A stretch of 63,251 bases of DNA, the filler included, from Cercozoa sp. M6MM (Eukaryota; Protista; Endomyxa: Ascetosporea), in assembly GCA_040357565.1 (NCBI GenBank). It is 9 parts of 9 records of this genome, joined end to end, with 100 filler letters (N's around TTAATTAATTAA, not from the genome) between each part and the next. Parts side by side here need not be neighbours in the genome. Positions count along the whole stretch, not along the records: positions 1 to 19,276 come from JBDODJ010000213.1; 8 more parts are not named here. One strand, 5' to 3'. A program made the position numbers and the translations under genes. Below the pieces are notes generated by a model that was given only the letters and a program-made list of their open reading frames with translations, was not told where the DNA came from and searched no databases. Shown in pieces: positions 1-12,661 of the stretch. Every line of letters starts with the position of its first letter. Within the stretch, counting starts at the first letter, position 1.

Positions 1-995
1 AGGGGGGGGGTAAAACACACATACATGTTGAAGACGACCGATTCGTCGCGCAGCGCGGCGTTGTGAAGTGCCTGCGATACACCTTTCGCATCACCCCCCC
101 CCCCCCCCCCCCCTTTACCCCCCTACTCCTTTCCCCTCAGAGAGAAGCTACAATGGCAACGATTTTGGCGGCGTGTTCTTCCGTCACTTCGTCCTTCAGC
201 GACACAAACAACGCCTGCGCAGGGAGTTAACAGGGCGTAAACAAAGGGGTAAACAGGGGGGTAGGCAGGGGGGTAAACAGGGGGGCAAACAGGGGGGGTA
301 AATAAGGGGGTAAACAGGGGGTAAACAGGGGGGGTAAACAGGGGGGTAAACAGGGGGGTAAACAGGGGGTAAAAGGGTGGTTAAACGCACCTGCGTCGCA
401 CTGATCGCGATGCGCAGCTGCAGTCGTCGTCCGCGCGGATCCGCCAGCGGCAGTGTCACGAAACGCCGCGCCGCACTCAGCGCCAGTCGCTGCAGCTTCC
501 GCCGCTCGCGGCCGCCCTCGCGCGCTCGCTGTGCTCTAAAGGTAACAGGGAAGAATAACAAGTAAACAGGGGGTAAACAGGGGTAAACAGGGAGGTAGAC
601 AGGGGGTAAACAGGGGGTAAACAGAGGGAGTAAACAGGGGGGTAAACAGGGGCTTAAACAGGGAGTAAACCGGGGGTAAGCAGTGGGGTATAAATGGGGG
701 GGGGCAAAGGTACACTTCGTGCAAGTATTCGTCGTGCACGCTCTGCACACTGCGGAGCAACTCGTCGCTGCAGCTGTCGAAGGAACAAAGAAATGCACAT
801 TGACATACAGACACATAGACATACATGGATGGACACTTAGAGATGATTGAGTCCCTGCAACTTACACGGTCAGTGTGCTGCTGTCCTTGAGCACAGCAAT
901 GATCGTGCTCAGTTCTCTGTGTGTCAAAAAGGTCCCAGTCAGACAGTCTAACACCCTCTCCGACTGGTACAATTGTACCTTTCCGTTATTGGCAT
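1..995 (-). CDS. Hypothetical multi-exon protein, 3' end runs off the window
   Basis: ATG at 995 gives MPITER|ELSTIIAVLKDSSTLTV; later exons include DELLRSVQSVHDEYLHE and ALFVSLKDEVTEEHAAKIVAI, bounded by GT-AG introns filled with simple repeats. Family not recognised. Confidence 0.5.
222..710. repeat. Intronic (G4-6 TAAACA)n arrays
   Basis: Tandem GGGGGTAAACA units in introns at about 222-378, 561-615 and 620-710. Confidence 0.9.
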
Positions 996-1231
996 TTTTC
1001 GTCGTGAGAAAAGAGCGCCAGCTATCGCAGCCACGCCGGGCCGCCCTGGGATCTAATACACTACACTCACACGCTCAATGCTGAGAATGCTTTAAATGCG
1101 TCATTGCACAAGGCAGAACAGACTGTTTTAGGCTGCGTTTGCAAACTGAAGAAAGCACTGCCTTTCAGCACTAAAACGGGCCTTGAACTTATTAATGGTT
1201 ATAAATTACAAGCTTTAATGCATGACGGCAG

Positions 1232-3142
1232 TTACAGTGACTGAGTGGCAATATCCCCCAACATGCCGGCCAGCACGAGCGGTCCCACCTGCCGACATCA
1301 CAGCGTGCGCCCTGGCCATTCTAGAAAAATGAGTGCACTGTACCTGGGTGTTGGAGCGGAACACGTCGCCGCAGGAATCCTCATCGGCGAGATCGACGCT
1401 GTACAGCTGCCACGCCTGATGGGCTGCCAGTCCACCAGTCTGCGGGCAAAAGCTGGGATGCAGGACTACCATGGAAAGGCAAAAAAAAAGTGCTGTACGG
1501 AGATCAATTGGAACACTGAGCCGAAACCGGCAGCATGACCGGCCTACAAGACAGAACAAACTGCCACGTGTTTTTTCTTTCTTTCTTGTTGTGGAAGAAA
1601 CGCACCAGTGCCATGGAGCCGACCGAGAGGGCGCCCAGTACGCTCAGGATCGGCTTGGTCTGTGAAAACAATAGTATGGCCAGGTCAGGTGAGGTCAGCC
1701 ACAGGAATGAAGCCAACGCACGTACTTGTCGCCAAATGTGAGCGCCGTCGACTTTAGGCCGAGTCGCGCGTCGTCTTTCTTGTCTTGGTGACCGTAGATC
1801 TGTGTGTTTGTGCACGCGTGAATGCAAATTAAAAGCAAGAGAGAAAGCATGCCGTGTCAAAGAAGACAGTCTGTAGGGAAGCCGATGCGTACAGCGACAT
1901 GGGCGCCAGTACACTGTGTGCCCACAGTGGCACACCAGCCTCACCTGTGCACACACAGACAAGGAGTTTTGCTGCTCCTCTGCTGCCGAAAAAACGTACC
2001 CAGAACAGCGGCCCAGGAGAAGAGTGCGCCAAATGCGAACGGCAGGGCCAGTGCCACCTGCGGCGTGCTCACGTATCTGCACACATGCACATATGTACAC
2101 ACACAGGCAGGGCAGAGTAGCCGGTGAACCTCTTGGCTGCCGGATATAGCATGGCGAGTGGGCACGCCAAGAAACCGCTCGCGATTGTCCAGGCTGTGCA
2201 TGTACACAGCAAGTTGTACTCTACGAGACGAGGCTAGAGAAAAAGAAGTACCGTCAAAGGTGCAGAGAATGCCGAATGACGCCGACAACTGCAGTGCCAG
2301 GAAGGCCCATGCCTGTCGACACAAACACACGCTTGATCTTTACTCTTGTCTACTATACTAGCTGAACCGACCTGCTTCATGCTGAGTTCGCCGGCTGCCA
2401 GAGGACGTGCACGACAGCGCTCCACTCGCTTGTCAAAGTCCCTGATAAAAGGGATAGTGAAAACACGATATCACAGGGCTTTTTGGCAGGAACCTACCTG
2501 TCCCACATGTCGTTGACTGTGCAGCCTGCCCCTCTCATCAGGAAGGCACCTGATACACAACCGCACGTGCAAAACAGACAGGCCGAGGCGGGGATGTTTT
2601 ATTTTTAGGCAAGCACACCGGCACACAGTTTCGACGCCATCAGAGCACCCGCACCAAGCGATAGCGACGCTGTTGTTGGACACGTCGACAGATACGACAT
2701 CGCCATGACCTTCTCAAAACACGAGGTGCATGCGAAGGTTGCCAAGTAGACCCAGAATACCTGCGACCACAGGGCAGGCCATAACAGGAGCCACGTGCCC
2801 ACAGGACGGTCCAGGCGTGCCAGACGCGCATCTGCGAGTGAACAAAAAGATTGAAACACCAAAACAGTGTCCTAAACGAAAGCTACAGGCATCTAGACTG
2901 CGGGGCCACCAGCGCTTCGCCGTCGACGCCTCGGGCGGCTTTTCGAACTGCCTCTCGCCCCGAGGCTAAACGGAAGTTTAATCTGTATTTCTCTGTGTTG
3001 CCAAGAAACCTACCTCGCTGGTGGCCGCCGTCACTGTTCGACATTGAGTCACCCGCCTGGCATACCACATCCACATGTATGAACGGGAAAGAAAAGCATT
3101 GGGTCAGATGCACCATCTGCGCAACACTCGCGCGAGTGACAT
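1232..3142 (-). CDS. COQ2: 4-hydroxybenzoate polyprenyltransferase (UbiA family), mitochondrial
   Basis: Spliced: [17 protein letters not shown] (Arg-rich transit-like), [65 protein letters not shown], and C-terminal [28 protein letters not shown]. Confidence 0.93.
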
Positions 3143-3313
3143 GGCTAGGTATGCTCTCTCTTCGTTGGTAAGGACACACCCAAGCACATGTTTAGAACTT
3201 GTGTCACTTGGCCTGGCTTGGGCTGGGATCACACAATAGCCATTTTTGCGAGGTTTGGTACCTTTCACAAACGGGGTGCTAGAGCTTGTTTTTGTTAGGC
3301 TGGGTGGCATTCC

Positions 3314-4619
3314 ATGAAGCTCTTAGTGTCATTGGCTCTAGTGGCGTTCTCAGTGATAGCACAGTCCGTGGTACTATCCCAGAACCTGCACAGAGTGACC
3401 ATCCAATACTTCTCTTGTTCAGGATGAGGACCTGTCGCAGCTGCGCGTGCCACCTGCGCAAGAATTAGAGATTCTCATGGTGCCACACCCACCTCGTTTA
3501 TTGTCGTACAAGTCTATCCCTGAAAACGGTTGGGTAGGCCAGCAACAAGCACCACCGAGATGCTCGGTTTTGGGGCATGCTGCATGGCATCGAACGCATG
3601 GACAACGGGCGGTCCGACACGCGGGTACAGCATTGCACTTCACTTAGCACGGAGGACACGACAAAGTAGCAGAGACTCACTGCACTTACTCACTGGGCAA
3701 AACAGGTTCATTTGGTGCACTCCGAGTCGCGCCTGGGCAAACCGGCTCTCTTCGCCGAGACTTACACTGCTCGTGCTGAGGTAGCCCTCTTCCTCCCTTC
3801 TTCCCTTGCTTGCTTTAAAAGAAAACACTTCACTTTGTCTTGCAGGTCTACAATGACGAACGCGATGCTGCGAGAGAGGACTTGCAAGTCCACACGCGGT
3901 CGTCTTTGCTGAGGGGTACGTCTCTCCCGAACACTCTGCGGGAGTACACGTGGTGGGTGTCGATAACATAACTTTGTACCGTACTGAAACAACAGACGAG
4001 GACGGACCTGTCGCTTGGGATGCCGACGTTGAGGTACAAGTCTCCAGTACCAGCCTATTGTGATGTGCTAAACTTCTTTGGGTCTCTCGCCCGGTCGCAG
4101 AATCTGCAAACGGTGGTGCTGCTGACTGACGTCGACGTCGTGCCGCAGGTGCACACAAATGAGTTACTGAATCGGTATACCTCCTCTCGTACTTATGTAG
4201 CTTTTGATACCTTACCAAACCTTTCTACGATACCTCTGAGTCTTTTCCCATGAGAAGATTCGAGCGAGCAGCGGTGCTGCACTGCGCCTCGGTCCCGCGT
4301 GCCATGCGCGAGGTGTGTCGCGCCAACTTCGTCTGGCTCGCCGGTGGTACAGGAGAGTGCCTAGTACTTACCAGTCAACTCTGATGCAGCATCACTTGTG
4401 TAGAGCCCAATATGCACCCGGAGCAGAGTTCCCGGGAAGTAAAGCACCAGGCACTCGATCTGTGGCAGGTATCTTTCGCATGTAGGTCTGTCTACTGCTC
4501 CCTTGCATCCTTGAGCTGATGGCACAGGGTATCGAAAACACGTGGACGCCGTTCCAGAACCGCTCGGTCTACATCAATAGCGGCACTATGATGGTGCGTC
4601 GGTCGGCGGCGCCGCTCTT

Positions 4620-4712
<93 letters not shown>

Positions 4713-5894
4713 CGCCTCCTCTTGGTGGGCTTTTCTTTAACCCCCTCCTCCTGTGTAGCACCCGCTGCTACCGTCGCACGCAGCGCTGGATGATTGATAT
4801 GTACGCCCTTCCGGACGATGCCTTTCTGCCGGGTTTGGAAGCGCAGGGTACAGCATCTCTCATGTGTCCTCTCTCTACGTCGTCTCAATACTGGAGTCAT
4901 TGGCACAGGCGTGAAGCGCAACTGGCTGTTCCCGCACTACCTGTGGGGCGACTTTGGCGACGACCAGGCTGCTCTGCAGTTGCTGTACCTCTTGTGGCTG
5001 GTCAATGTGCCCAAGGTAAGGTGCTGACTGGAAGGAACCAAAGACTGTGGACCTGTGTGTGTGCGTGTATGTGTGTGTGCAGGCCAAGGAAGTGTGTGGA
5101 CTCGACCCGAACGATGACGCGCTCACCTTGTTCTTTGATGTGGACACGTGGTTCCAGTTCACCATGGTTATCACAGCCTTTGGTAGGTTCTTTCTGGTCG
5201 ACTGTTCTTCTCCCTCAATACTACCCTTCGAGTAGACCACCGCTGGACAAGCGCATGGATCAATGACCAACTCGGCAATGGTATGGCCCGTGTCCCCTCT
5301 TTTCCCTGTGCACACAGGATTTTACACCGACATTCAGTATCTTACACGCCCTGTACACTGTAGCACGCGAGTTTGTCGATTCCGAGGGTCGAGTCGATCT
5401 TCGTCGTATCGGTGGCAGCGATGTGTTCAAAGGCTTTGGTACCGAGTCCCTTTTCTATAATGTATATATATATATAAGTTTATGTATTATTTATTTGTTT
5501 ATTTATTTATTTAAACAATATAGGTATGTATGTCTTATACAAACAAATTTACCTCTCCTTGGGCAGACTTTGACGCAGCTGCAGAGCAGATGTCGTTCCG
5601 TCTGCTGCAGCTCTCGCAGCGCTACGACCTCGGTGAGCGCGACGACCGCGTACTCTGGCAGGCGCTGGTGGACGTGGCCGGTGACACGCTGGCCGTGCCT
5701 GCACTCGTGCACTGGGCCGGCACTCGAGGCGACGCGGTAACTGCCTGCTGTTCTCACTGCTTGTTTGGTTTTGTTGGGGATCTGTACTGTATGGCTGCAA
5801 TTATATGGACTGGTATTTGCAGCGATCGACACTCGTGTACGGCGAGGACGGGCTACACGGCCATCATCCGTCGCTGTGGTTCCAGCGCGGCTAG
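3314..5894 (+). CDS. Secreted/luminal GT-A glycosyltransferase resembling the PLOD/LH3 N-terminal GT domain
   Basis: Signal peptide MKLLVSLALVAFSVIAQSV; motifs TVVLLTDVDVV (DxD), FVWLAGEPNMHP, VYINSGTMM, GDDQAALQLLYL and PALVHWAG follow the order of the PLOD GT motifs (FTDxYD, AE..cwP, LNSG, DDQ, PxxxHGNG). Confidence 0.7.
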
Positions 5895-6001
5895 ACTACA
5901 GGGAAAGAGGAGACTAGCGACTAACGTAAATTAAGCGCCGCGCCACGGTTGAGGCGGTGGATGTGGTGGGCACTAGCACTGACAGGTCCCGGTCAGTGAG
6001 C

Positions 6002-7747
6002 TTAATCTTCAAACGAGCGGTAATGCGACAACGTGTCAGTCTCGGTGGGTTCGACGACACAGAAGTCGGCACTGGCAGTGCCGGCATTCCTCGTTCTGTG
6101 AGTACTGCTACTGTTGTTGATGCTGATGGTGCCTCCGTCACTGTCGACGAAAGCAACACTGGCAGCATCGTCGTCGTCGAACTTGCGTGTCCTGGTGACT
6201 CGCGCACACAGGAAGAAACCAAGCATGACGCACGTCACTCCGAGCAACTGTAACAGGGAGATCGCTTTGCCTGTGTTGACACCGAGACGCGTACAGCACA
6301 GGACAGGTCTCACAGACATAAACGATAGGTTTATGTATTACCCCAGTAGAAGGTGTCGATCACGAGGTTGACAGGAATGCCAACGAGCGTGCCCTGTGAA
6401 CACACAAATCAGAGGTATGAGCAGGCTGTACAACGTTGGATACATAAGCAGCTACCAACGCAGCCAGTCCAAAAGGCAGCTTACCGTGGCCACAAAGAGG
6501 GCATCGGCAAACACGCAGCCAAAATTCGTGAGGAAGTTAAAGACGATGGCGACAAGTGAAGCAGCGAAAATCCACCACCTGCCAGTATCACGATACTGTA
6601 TTCCATGACCAGAGAGACCTTGAACTTACCAGACAGTTTCAGGAAGAGCAGGAAACGTCGTTTCGGTACCTGTCAGATTAAGTGCGAGGATCTGCACAAA
6701 AATAAAAACACATGGCAGCACACTGCACCAGGACTGACTGTAGGTTGGAGAATAAACTGCACGGCACCACTGGGATCTCAACGACGGCCTTCCAGACGGC
6801 AATGCAGGACAGCAAAACCGCCACTTGGACCGACGTGGCACGTCGCATTATTCGTTCCACCAGCACCTGCGCCACACGATTGCAAAATCATATAGGACAA
6901 ACAAGTGTACTCGTGACGCACCTTGTATAGTGACGCCCCGAACCCAGCAGTCAAAGCTAGCGCAGCACCCAACACGAAACGAGCGTCCTCTGCTTTAAAA
7001 TAAGCGTCTGAAATTCGAACAACATGCACACGAACAACATTAACCAAAAAGGTTACTGTCGTCGTCCCTTTGTACTCCTGCCAGCGAGATCAGTATCGCG
7101 CCTGATATGCACCTACAGCAAACCACGGGTACATTAGGCCCAGTGCACAGTAAGGAAGGAACACAGGAAGACCGTCGTACACCAACACGGCAGCGACTCG
7201 CAGCAGGGAGCGCTGGCGGCGACACTGCAGCAGTAGTACAAAGGCCGGGTTTGTGCAGAAAAGCGCCGACACGTCGGCGGCTGAGGCGAAACGAAGTGCC
7301 GACACGAAGCAAAAGTTCGTGAGCGTAGCCAGCAAATGGAGTAGCGCCACGGGGACCCATACACTACGCTTTCCTTCCTGTACAGGCGACCGGTTTAGAT
7401 CGAATACCTGTGTTCATGATCAATTACCAGGTCGGGCCAGGGAGGGCCTCTCCATTTTGACACGCGTGCCACAGGCAAGGTCACCACTAAGCCATCAGAG
7501 TAGAAGCAAATCTGACTAAACAGGAGGATGAACTACATGGCAAGACGATCACAGAACCGAGATTGGCAACGTAGTTGAGCGAAAAGGCATATGGATAGCC
7601 TCCGTTTCTCTGCACATAATCCAGTGTACTTGTGCCTAGTGAGAAGAAGAAGCAGCTTGCCTGAATTGCCCCACGTAGCTGCGTCGAAATCGCCCAAGCA
7701 CACGCGATTCCGACCGCGAGGCAGACGCCAGCGACAGCTCCTCGCAT
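6002..7747 (-). CDS. DMT/EamA-superfamily transporter, SLC35F3/F4-like
   Basis: Multiple TM helices; AWAISTQL, TNFCFVSALRFASAADVSALFCTNPAFVLLL, AGFGASLYKV, GTLVGIPVNLVID, LLGVTCVMLGFFL. Confidence 0.8.
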
Positions 7748-7972
7748 TCAACGTGACCAAGCGATGGGTTTCAGTTTTGCTGGACTGATTCTGAAGTTTA
7801 AACTGCTAATGGTGCCAGCCAAAACAATTAAAGTTATGTGGACACACACCCACGCAGTTTAGTTTTGGAGTATTTTAGCGTGGGTGATTTTGATCAAATT
7901 ATCATCGATCATTGATCATGAAGAAGTGCGCTGTGTCCGGTCTGCTTCTTCAATTTGTGCTTGCACTAAAAG

Positions 7973-9468
7973 ATGCGAGTGCTAGCTTTTGTGCTAGGCG
8001 CTGTCCTGGCTCTTACGAGCGTTCAGGCTTCTCGGGTGAGTTTGTCCGTCTGCTTTTGTTTTGATGTGTCTAGCTGTTGTAGTGGGAGGACTTAACCAAC
8101 GCCGTGTTTGCTCAATCGCAATGCTCGGCTGCCGAGTGGGTCTGCGACGGCTACTGTGACGGTGGAATGCGCAAGTGCACGCACCTTGCGTCCCGCCAGT
8201 ACCGCTGCGTTCCGGCGGTATGCTGCTTTGTCAGTGCAGAGAGTGTATGAAATAAAGTTACCGTTCCTGGAGACTAGGCTTCGGAAATGGCTCGGCGTCT
8301 CGAAAGCGCCAGCCGTGATGCTTGCAGCAACTGTCGTCGTTGCAACGAGCACTGGGTACTCGCATTTCACATCCTGATGTTTGGATATGTCTTTATATCA
8401 ATGTAACTTACGATGATGTGCAGGTGTGCGGCTACTACACTCGCGGTTCGACCGAGTGGTCCTGCATCAACGCGATCGATGCTTGGTGTGTTGGCTGTAC
8501 TGTCCTTTTAGGGTATCGCAGACCATGTGCAATCCGATCAGGTTCTACATGGGTCTCGACCGCATTACTAAGGAAAAGTATGAGCGTGTCTCGGGCGACT
8601 GCTGTAAGAACTCCAACTACTGCATGGCGCACACTTGGCAGGTACCGACACATTGCGCTGTTGTAGACATACTGAGTGGCCGTAAATTTGTGTGTGTAGT
8701 GCCAGCCGAGCAAGTCGCACAGTGGCTGGTACGACTGCCGCAACCACAACCTCAAGAAGATGATCTTCCAGGTACTCGCGCAGATTGACTCTGAATGTTT
8801 GTCTGGGCTTGTGTGACGTTTTTGCACTCAAAACAGATCAGCAAGAACGAAGCCTTTGGCCGCTACGGCCTCGACAAGTCGCCGAGCACTCCATGCGGTG
8901 CGCACTCTCTATTCGTGTCATGTGCATGTGTGTATGTGCCTTGTGGATGTGCGTTCGTGCATGTAGGCTGTGGTCACTGGGCCTGCGACTCGCACAGCAA
9001 CGGTTACGGCAAGCGCTGTATCCACGCTGGCACGGGCAACTACATCGACAATCTGGACTACGTACCACACCTACCCTTGCTAGTGAGCCGAACCCGAAGA
9101 TGTTCTTTTTGACAGAGCACCTACACCTCGCTCAGCGGCGTGCACACGCGCAACTGCAACTGCGATTACTGGTACGCTGTGCGAGAACCACTCAGATAAT
9201 TCGTCTGCGCGTGTGTACTGTATCTACATGTGCTGTGCGCAGGGTGTGTGAGTACGAGGGCAACTCGGCCACCAATCCGACGTACACGTGCATCAACCGC
9301 CCGACTGGCCAGATTCGCCGCCACCTTGCCCAGGTAGATTATTGTCAGCTTATGTCATGCTACATATGCTACATACGCGCGACAAGCTTGTATCCTGCGT
9401 TAATTTTACTTACGTTTGCTGCACAGCGCACGGCCGATGACTTGCGCCACAGTCGCAAGTGCCACTAA
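7973..9468 (+). CDS. Secreted Cys/Trp-rich protein with five tandem ~50-aa repeats
   Basis: 11 exons splice in frame with GT-AG introns; signal peptide MRVLAFVLGAVLALTSVQA; ends RKCH*. Confidence 0.85.
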
Positions 9469-10142
9469 GACTGTTATTGATACGAGGCTCCGGCCGACCG
9501 ACTGACATGTGGCGTGCGCGCTGCGATTTTTCCTGTCGCGCACGGAAAACGACGTTTGCGCGTTTGTACGACTGAACCAGACGAAAATAGCGAAAAGTCT
9601 CTTCTTTCAAAGCGCGTTAGACTGATTGTTTTGCTGTTTATTTCTTTTACTTTTGCGTTTTGTAAACTCGTTTGACAGGGTTCAAGACATCACTCAAAAA
9701 TGCAAGTTAAGTCTGTTTTTTCGTTTGAACGTACAATTGTACAACGTTAACTTAAAGACTCTCTCTGTACATCAGCGCTACAATCAGCGCTACAAGTTGT
9801 CCGACGATACGAGAGCACGAAAACAATCTCCATGGAAGCCAATACTTGTTGATGATACTCCACTGCAAGTCTCTGTGCAGTTTTTGAGACCAGCCTTGCA
9901 ATAAACACGGCCAAGATTCACCAGACCATGTAGTTGAGACATCATCATGAAATAATCATGAATAATCGCACTTTTTCATGTCGGAATTTGGGAAAATTCC
10001 AAACAAGCTCGTTAATTTGACCCGTTGTGCCCACTAGCGTGTTGATTCGGTTTGCTGTACTTAGGAGACCTCTTCCGCGCGAGAGACAAGACAAGAAGAG
10101 AGCTAGACAAATTCCGGCTTAGAGTAACAAGAATATTGAAGA

Positions 10143-11032
10143 ATGGCCGAGGTGTGCTTCATTGGTGCTGGTGCGATGGCTACGGCCCTGGGCGGTGGTA
10201 TGCTGCGAGCAGGTATGCTTGCAAATCTCAGAATGACTCGTCAAGGTTGCGCTGTGTCGATGTTGTGTTTTGCTGATGTGCAGGCGTCGTGTCTTCCATC
10301 GCCGCCTGTGATCCTGTACGTTGGATGGAAACTTTTGTTCAAATGAGTAGATTGTACATTGTACCTTGACAGAACCCCAAGGCCAGAGAACGTTTTGCTG
10401 CCGCGATCGGCGAAGGTAGTACCTGCCTTGACTTTTGGTTGGCTTGACTTGACTTGACTTATGTGCGTGTGTGTGTGGTGTAGGCTGCGTGACGCACGCG
10501 TCGCCGTCGGACGCGTTGCTGCGCGAAAGTCGCGTCGTCGTGTTGGCTGTGAAGCCGCAGGTACGCTAGTCGGTTGTTCTCCCCTGTTGTAGTCGCTGGA
10601 GTCACATGTGCATCTGTGCCGTTGGTGCAGGTCATGCCGATCGTGCTGCGTCAGTTGAAGGGCCGCGTGCCTGCCGTACCAGTTTCCTCTTTGTCTCTTG
10701 ATTGGTTGGGCTTGGTTGCTTTGGTTGGTTGGTTGGTTGGTGTGGACTGGTGTGTATGCGAGTAGAAGGGTGCCCTGGTGGTGAGCATTGCCGCCGGCGT
10801 GAAGTTGCAGGCACTACAGGAGCAACTGGGCCAAGGCACGCGTGTGGTGCGTGTCATGCCCAACACACCCGCACTAGTCGGTACACACTCACACACACTG
10901 CTCTGTGTACAGTCGACCCTGTTTATGTGTGTATGTGCAGGCGAGATGGCCGGCGGATTCGCACTGGGCCAGCATGCCAACGAGCGTAGCATATTCCCTC
11001 CCAACTGTGTCTGTGTGTCTGTGTGTGTGTGT

Positions 11033-11105
<73 letters not shown>

Positions 11106-11832
11106 GTTATGCACTCCGAAATGTGTGTGCCACAGAGGACGCCGAGTGCGTCAAGTCAATGTTCGGTGCCATCGGTGTCGTCGAACAGGTACCTCTCCGT
11201 GTGTGCGTGTATGATCCTGCAGGCCAAGTTAAGCTCCTTTTCTCCCCTGGAGTAGGTGCCAGAGAAACTGATGGATGCCGTAACTGGACTGGCCGGAAGT
11301 GGACCCGCCTTTGTCTTCCGATTCATTGTACTCATTAATTGTACTCTGTGTGTCCCTGTGTGCCCATGTTACTGTGTTGCCCCCTCCCCTGTGTACGATG
11401 CGAGTGTGTCTGTCTAGACGGCCCTGAGCGACGCCGGCGTGCACGAGGGTCTGCCGCGACCGGTGGCGACGCGACTGGCCGCGCAGACCGTGCTGGGCGC
11501 CGCCCTCATGGTCAAGCAGGGCGGCCACCCCGGTGTGCTCTGCGATCAGGTTACTTCGCCGGGCGGTACGACCATCGCCGGTGTGCGTGCTCTTAACGAC
11601 AATGCCTTCGGTACGCGCCATATATATATATATATATATATGTATATAAATATAGATATGCTACTATATTTTGATATTGTGCAGCACGTGCCACGATGGC
11701 CGCCGTGATCGCCGCCAGTCGCCGCTCCGCCGAGCTGGGTACCCCCACCAAAGGCTCCTTCTGCTCTACGTGGTTTCTGTTCATGTCCTGCTCTTTGTTT
11801 ACGCAGGCCGTCCGAGCAAGAGCTCGCTGTAG
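10143..11832 (+). CDS. PYCR: Pyrroline-5-carboxylate reductase
   Basis: [59 protein letters not shown]; 12 exons splice in frame. Confidence 0.97.
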
Positions 11833-12661
11833 GCAACATGCCGCCTCAGCTCCGATTATAAAACTGAACTCACTCCGTTTCGGTTGAACCGCGAAGTTTC
11901 GCCTCCCCGTAGTGGGTATAGTCTGTGCTGAACTTGCTTTGTATGCTATTACGTTCCGTCGGAGCCCCTCCCACACATACACACAAAGCGAGCGCTTCGT
12001 TGTTGGCTGCTGCAGGCAGGCACTGCCAATTTAGTACCGACACAGTAAGTGTCGTGTCACGTCAGTTCTTAGGCTAAAATTGTTACGAAACGGTATCTTC
12101 CATCCGGCCAGTCAGATCTCTGGTGCTCCGCGTGGAAGAAAGCTATTCATTGAGCACTTTGAGAAGTGTGGTGTATTGTGTTTGTCTGGTACCCTGACCT
12201 CTCCGAGAGTGCTGCTAACCTCCTTACCCTGTGTTTGGTAGACTGACCTCGAAAGAGCAAGATTTTGCTCCTTTCCTGAAAAGGCTCTCTACTCACCAGG
12301 TAAAGCACCTCTCCAGGCTCCAGTCCTTGCACTCTCACGGAATCCCTTGTTGCTGTCTTCCCAGCACAGAGAGCCTTTCTTTTTCTCCTTTACGTCCCTC
12401 CTTCTCCTTCCTTCCTTCTTCTGACTACCGGGCCTCTCTTCCTTCCCGACCAGTCTACTTCCTGTACTTTGCCGACCCTATCTTGGGGTAACTACCTCTG
12501 AACTGACTACGTCTACTGACTCAATTCTTCTTCACATCGATTCCATTTGTTTCTTTAGTCTTTTTCCTGGCATAGTACTCTTTTGCACTACCAAAGCCTC
12601 AATTTCTGAAAGGCTGCGGTAACAAAATGGACCTCAAAGTACTGTAAGACCAGTCGCGTGG

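Noticed and set aside
196-822. Long Pro-rich ORFs (PPVY/PCL) and CVCV/HTHT ORFs throughout the window
   Set aside because: These are translations of intronic simple repeats.
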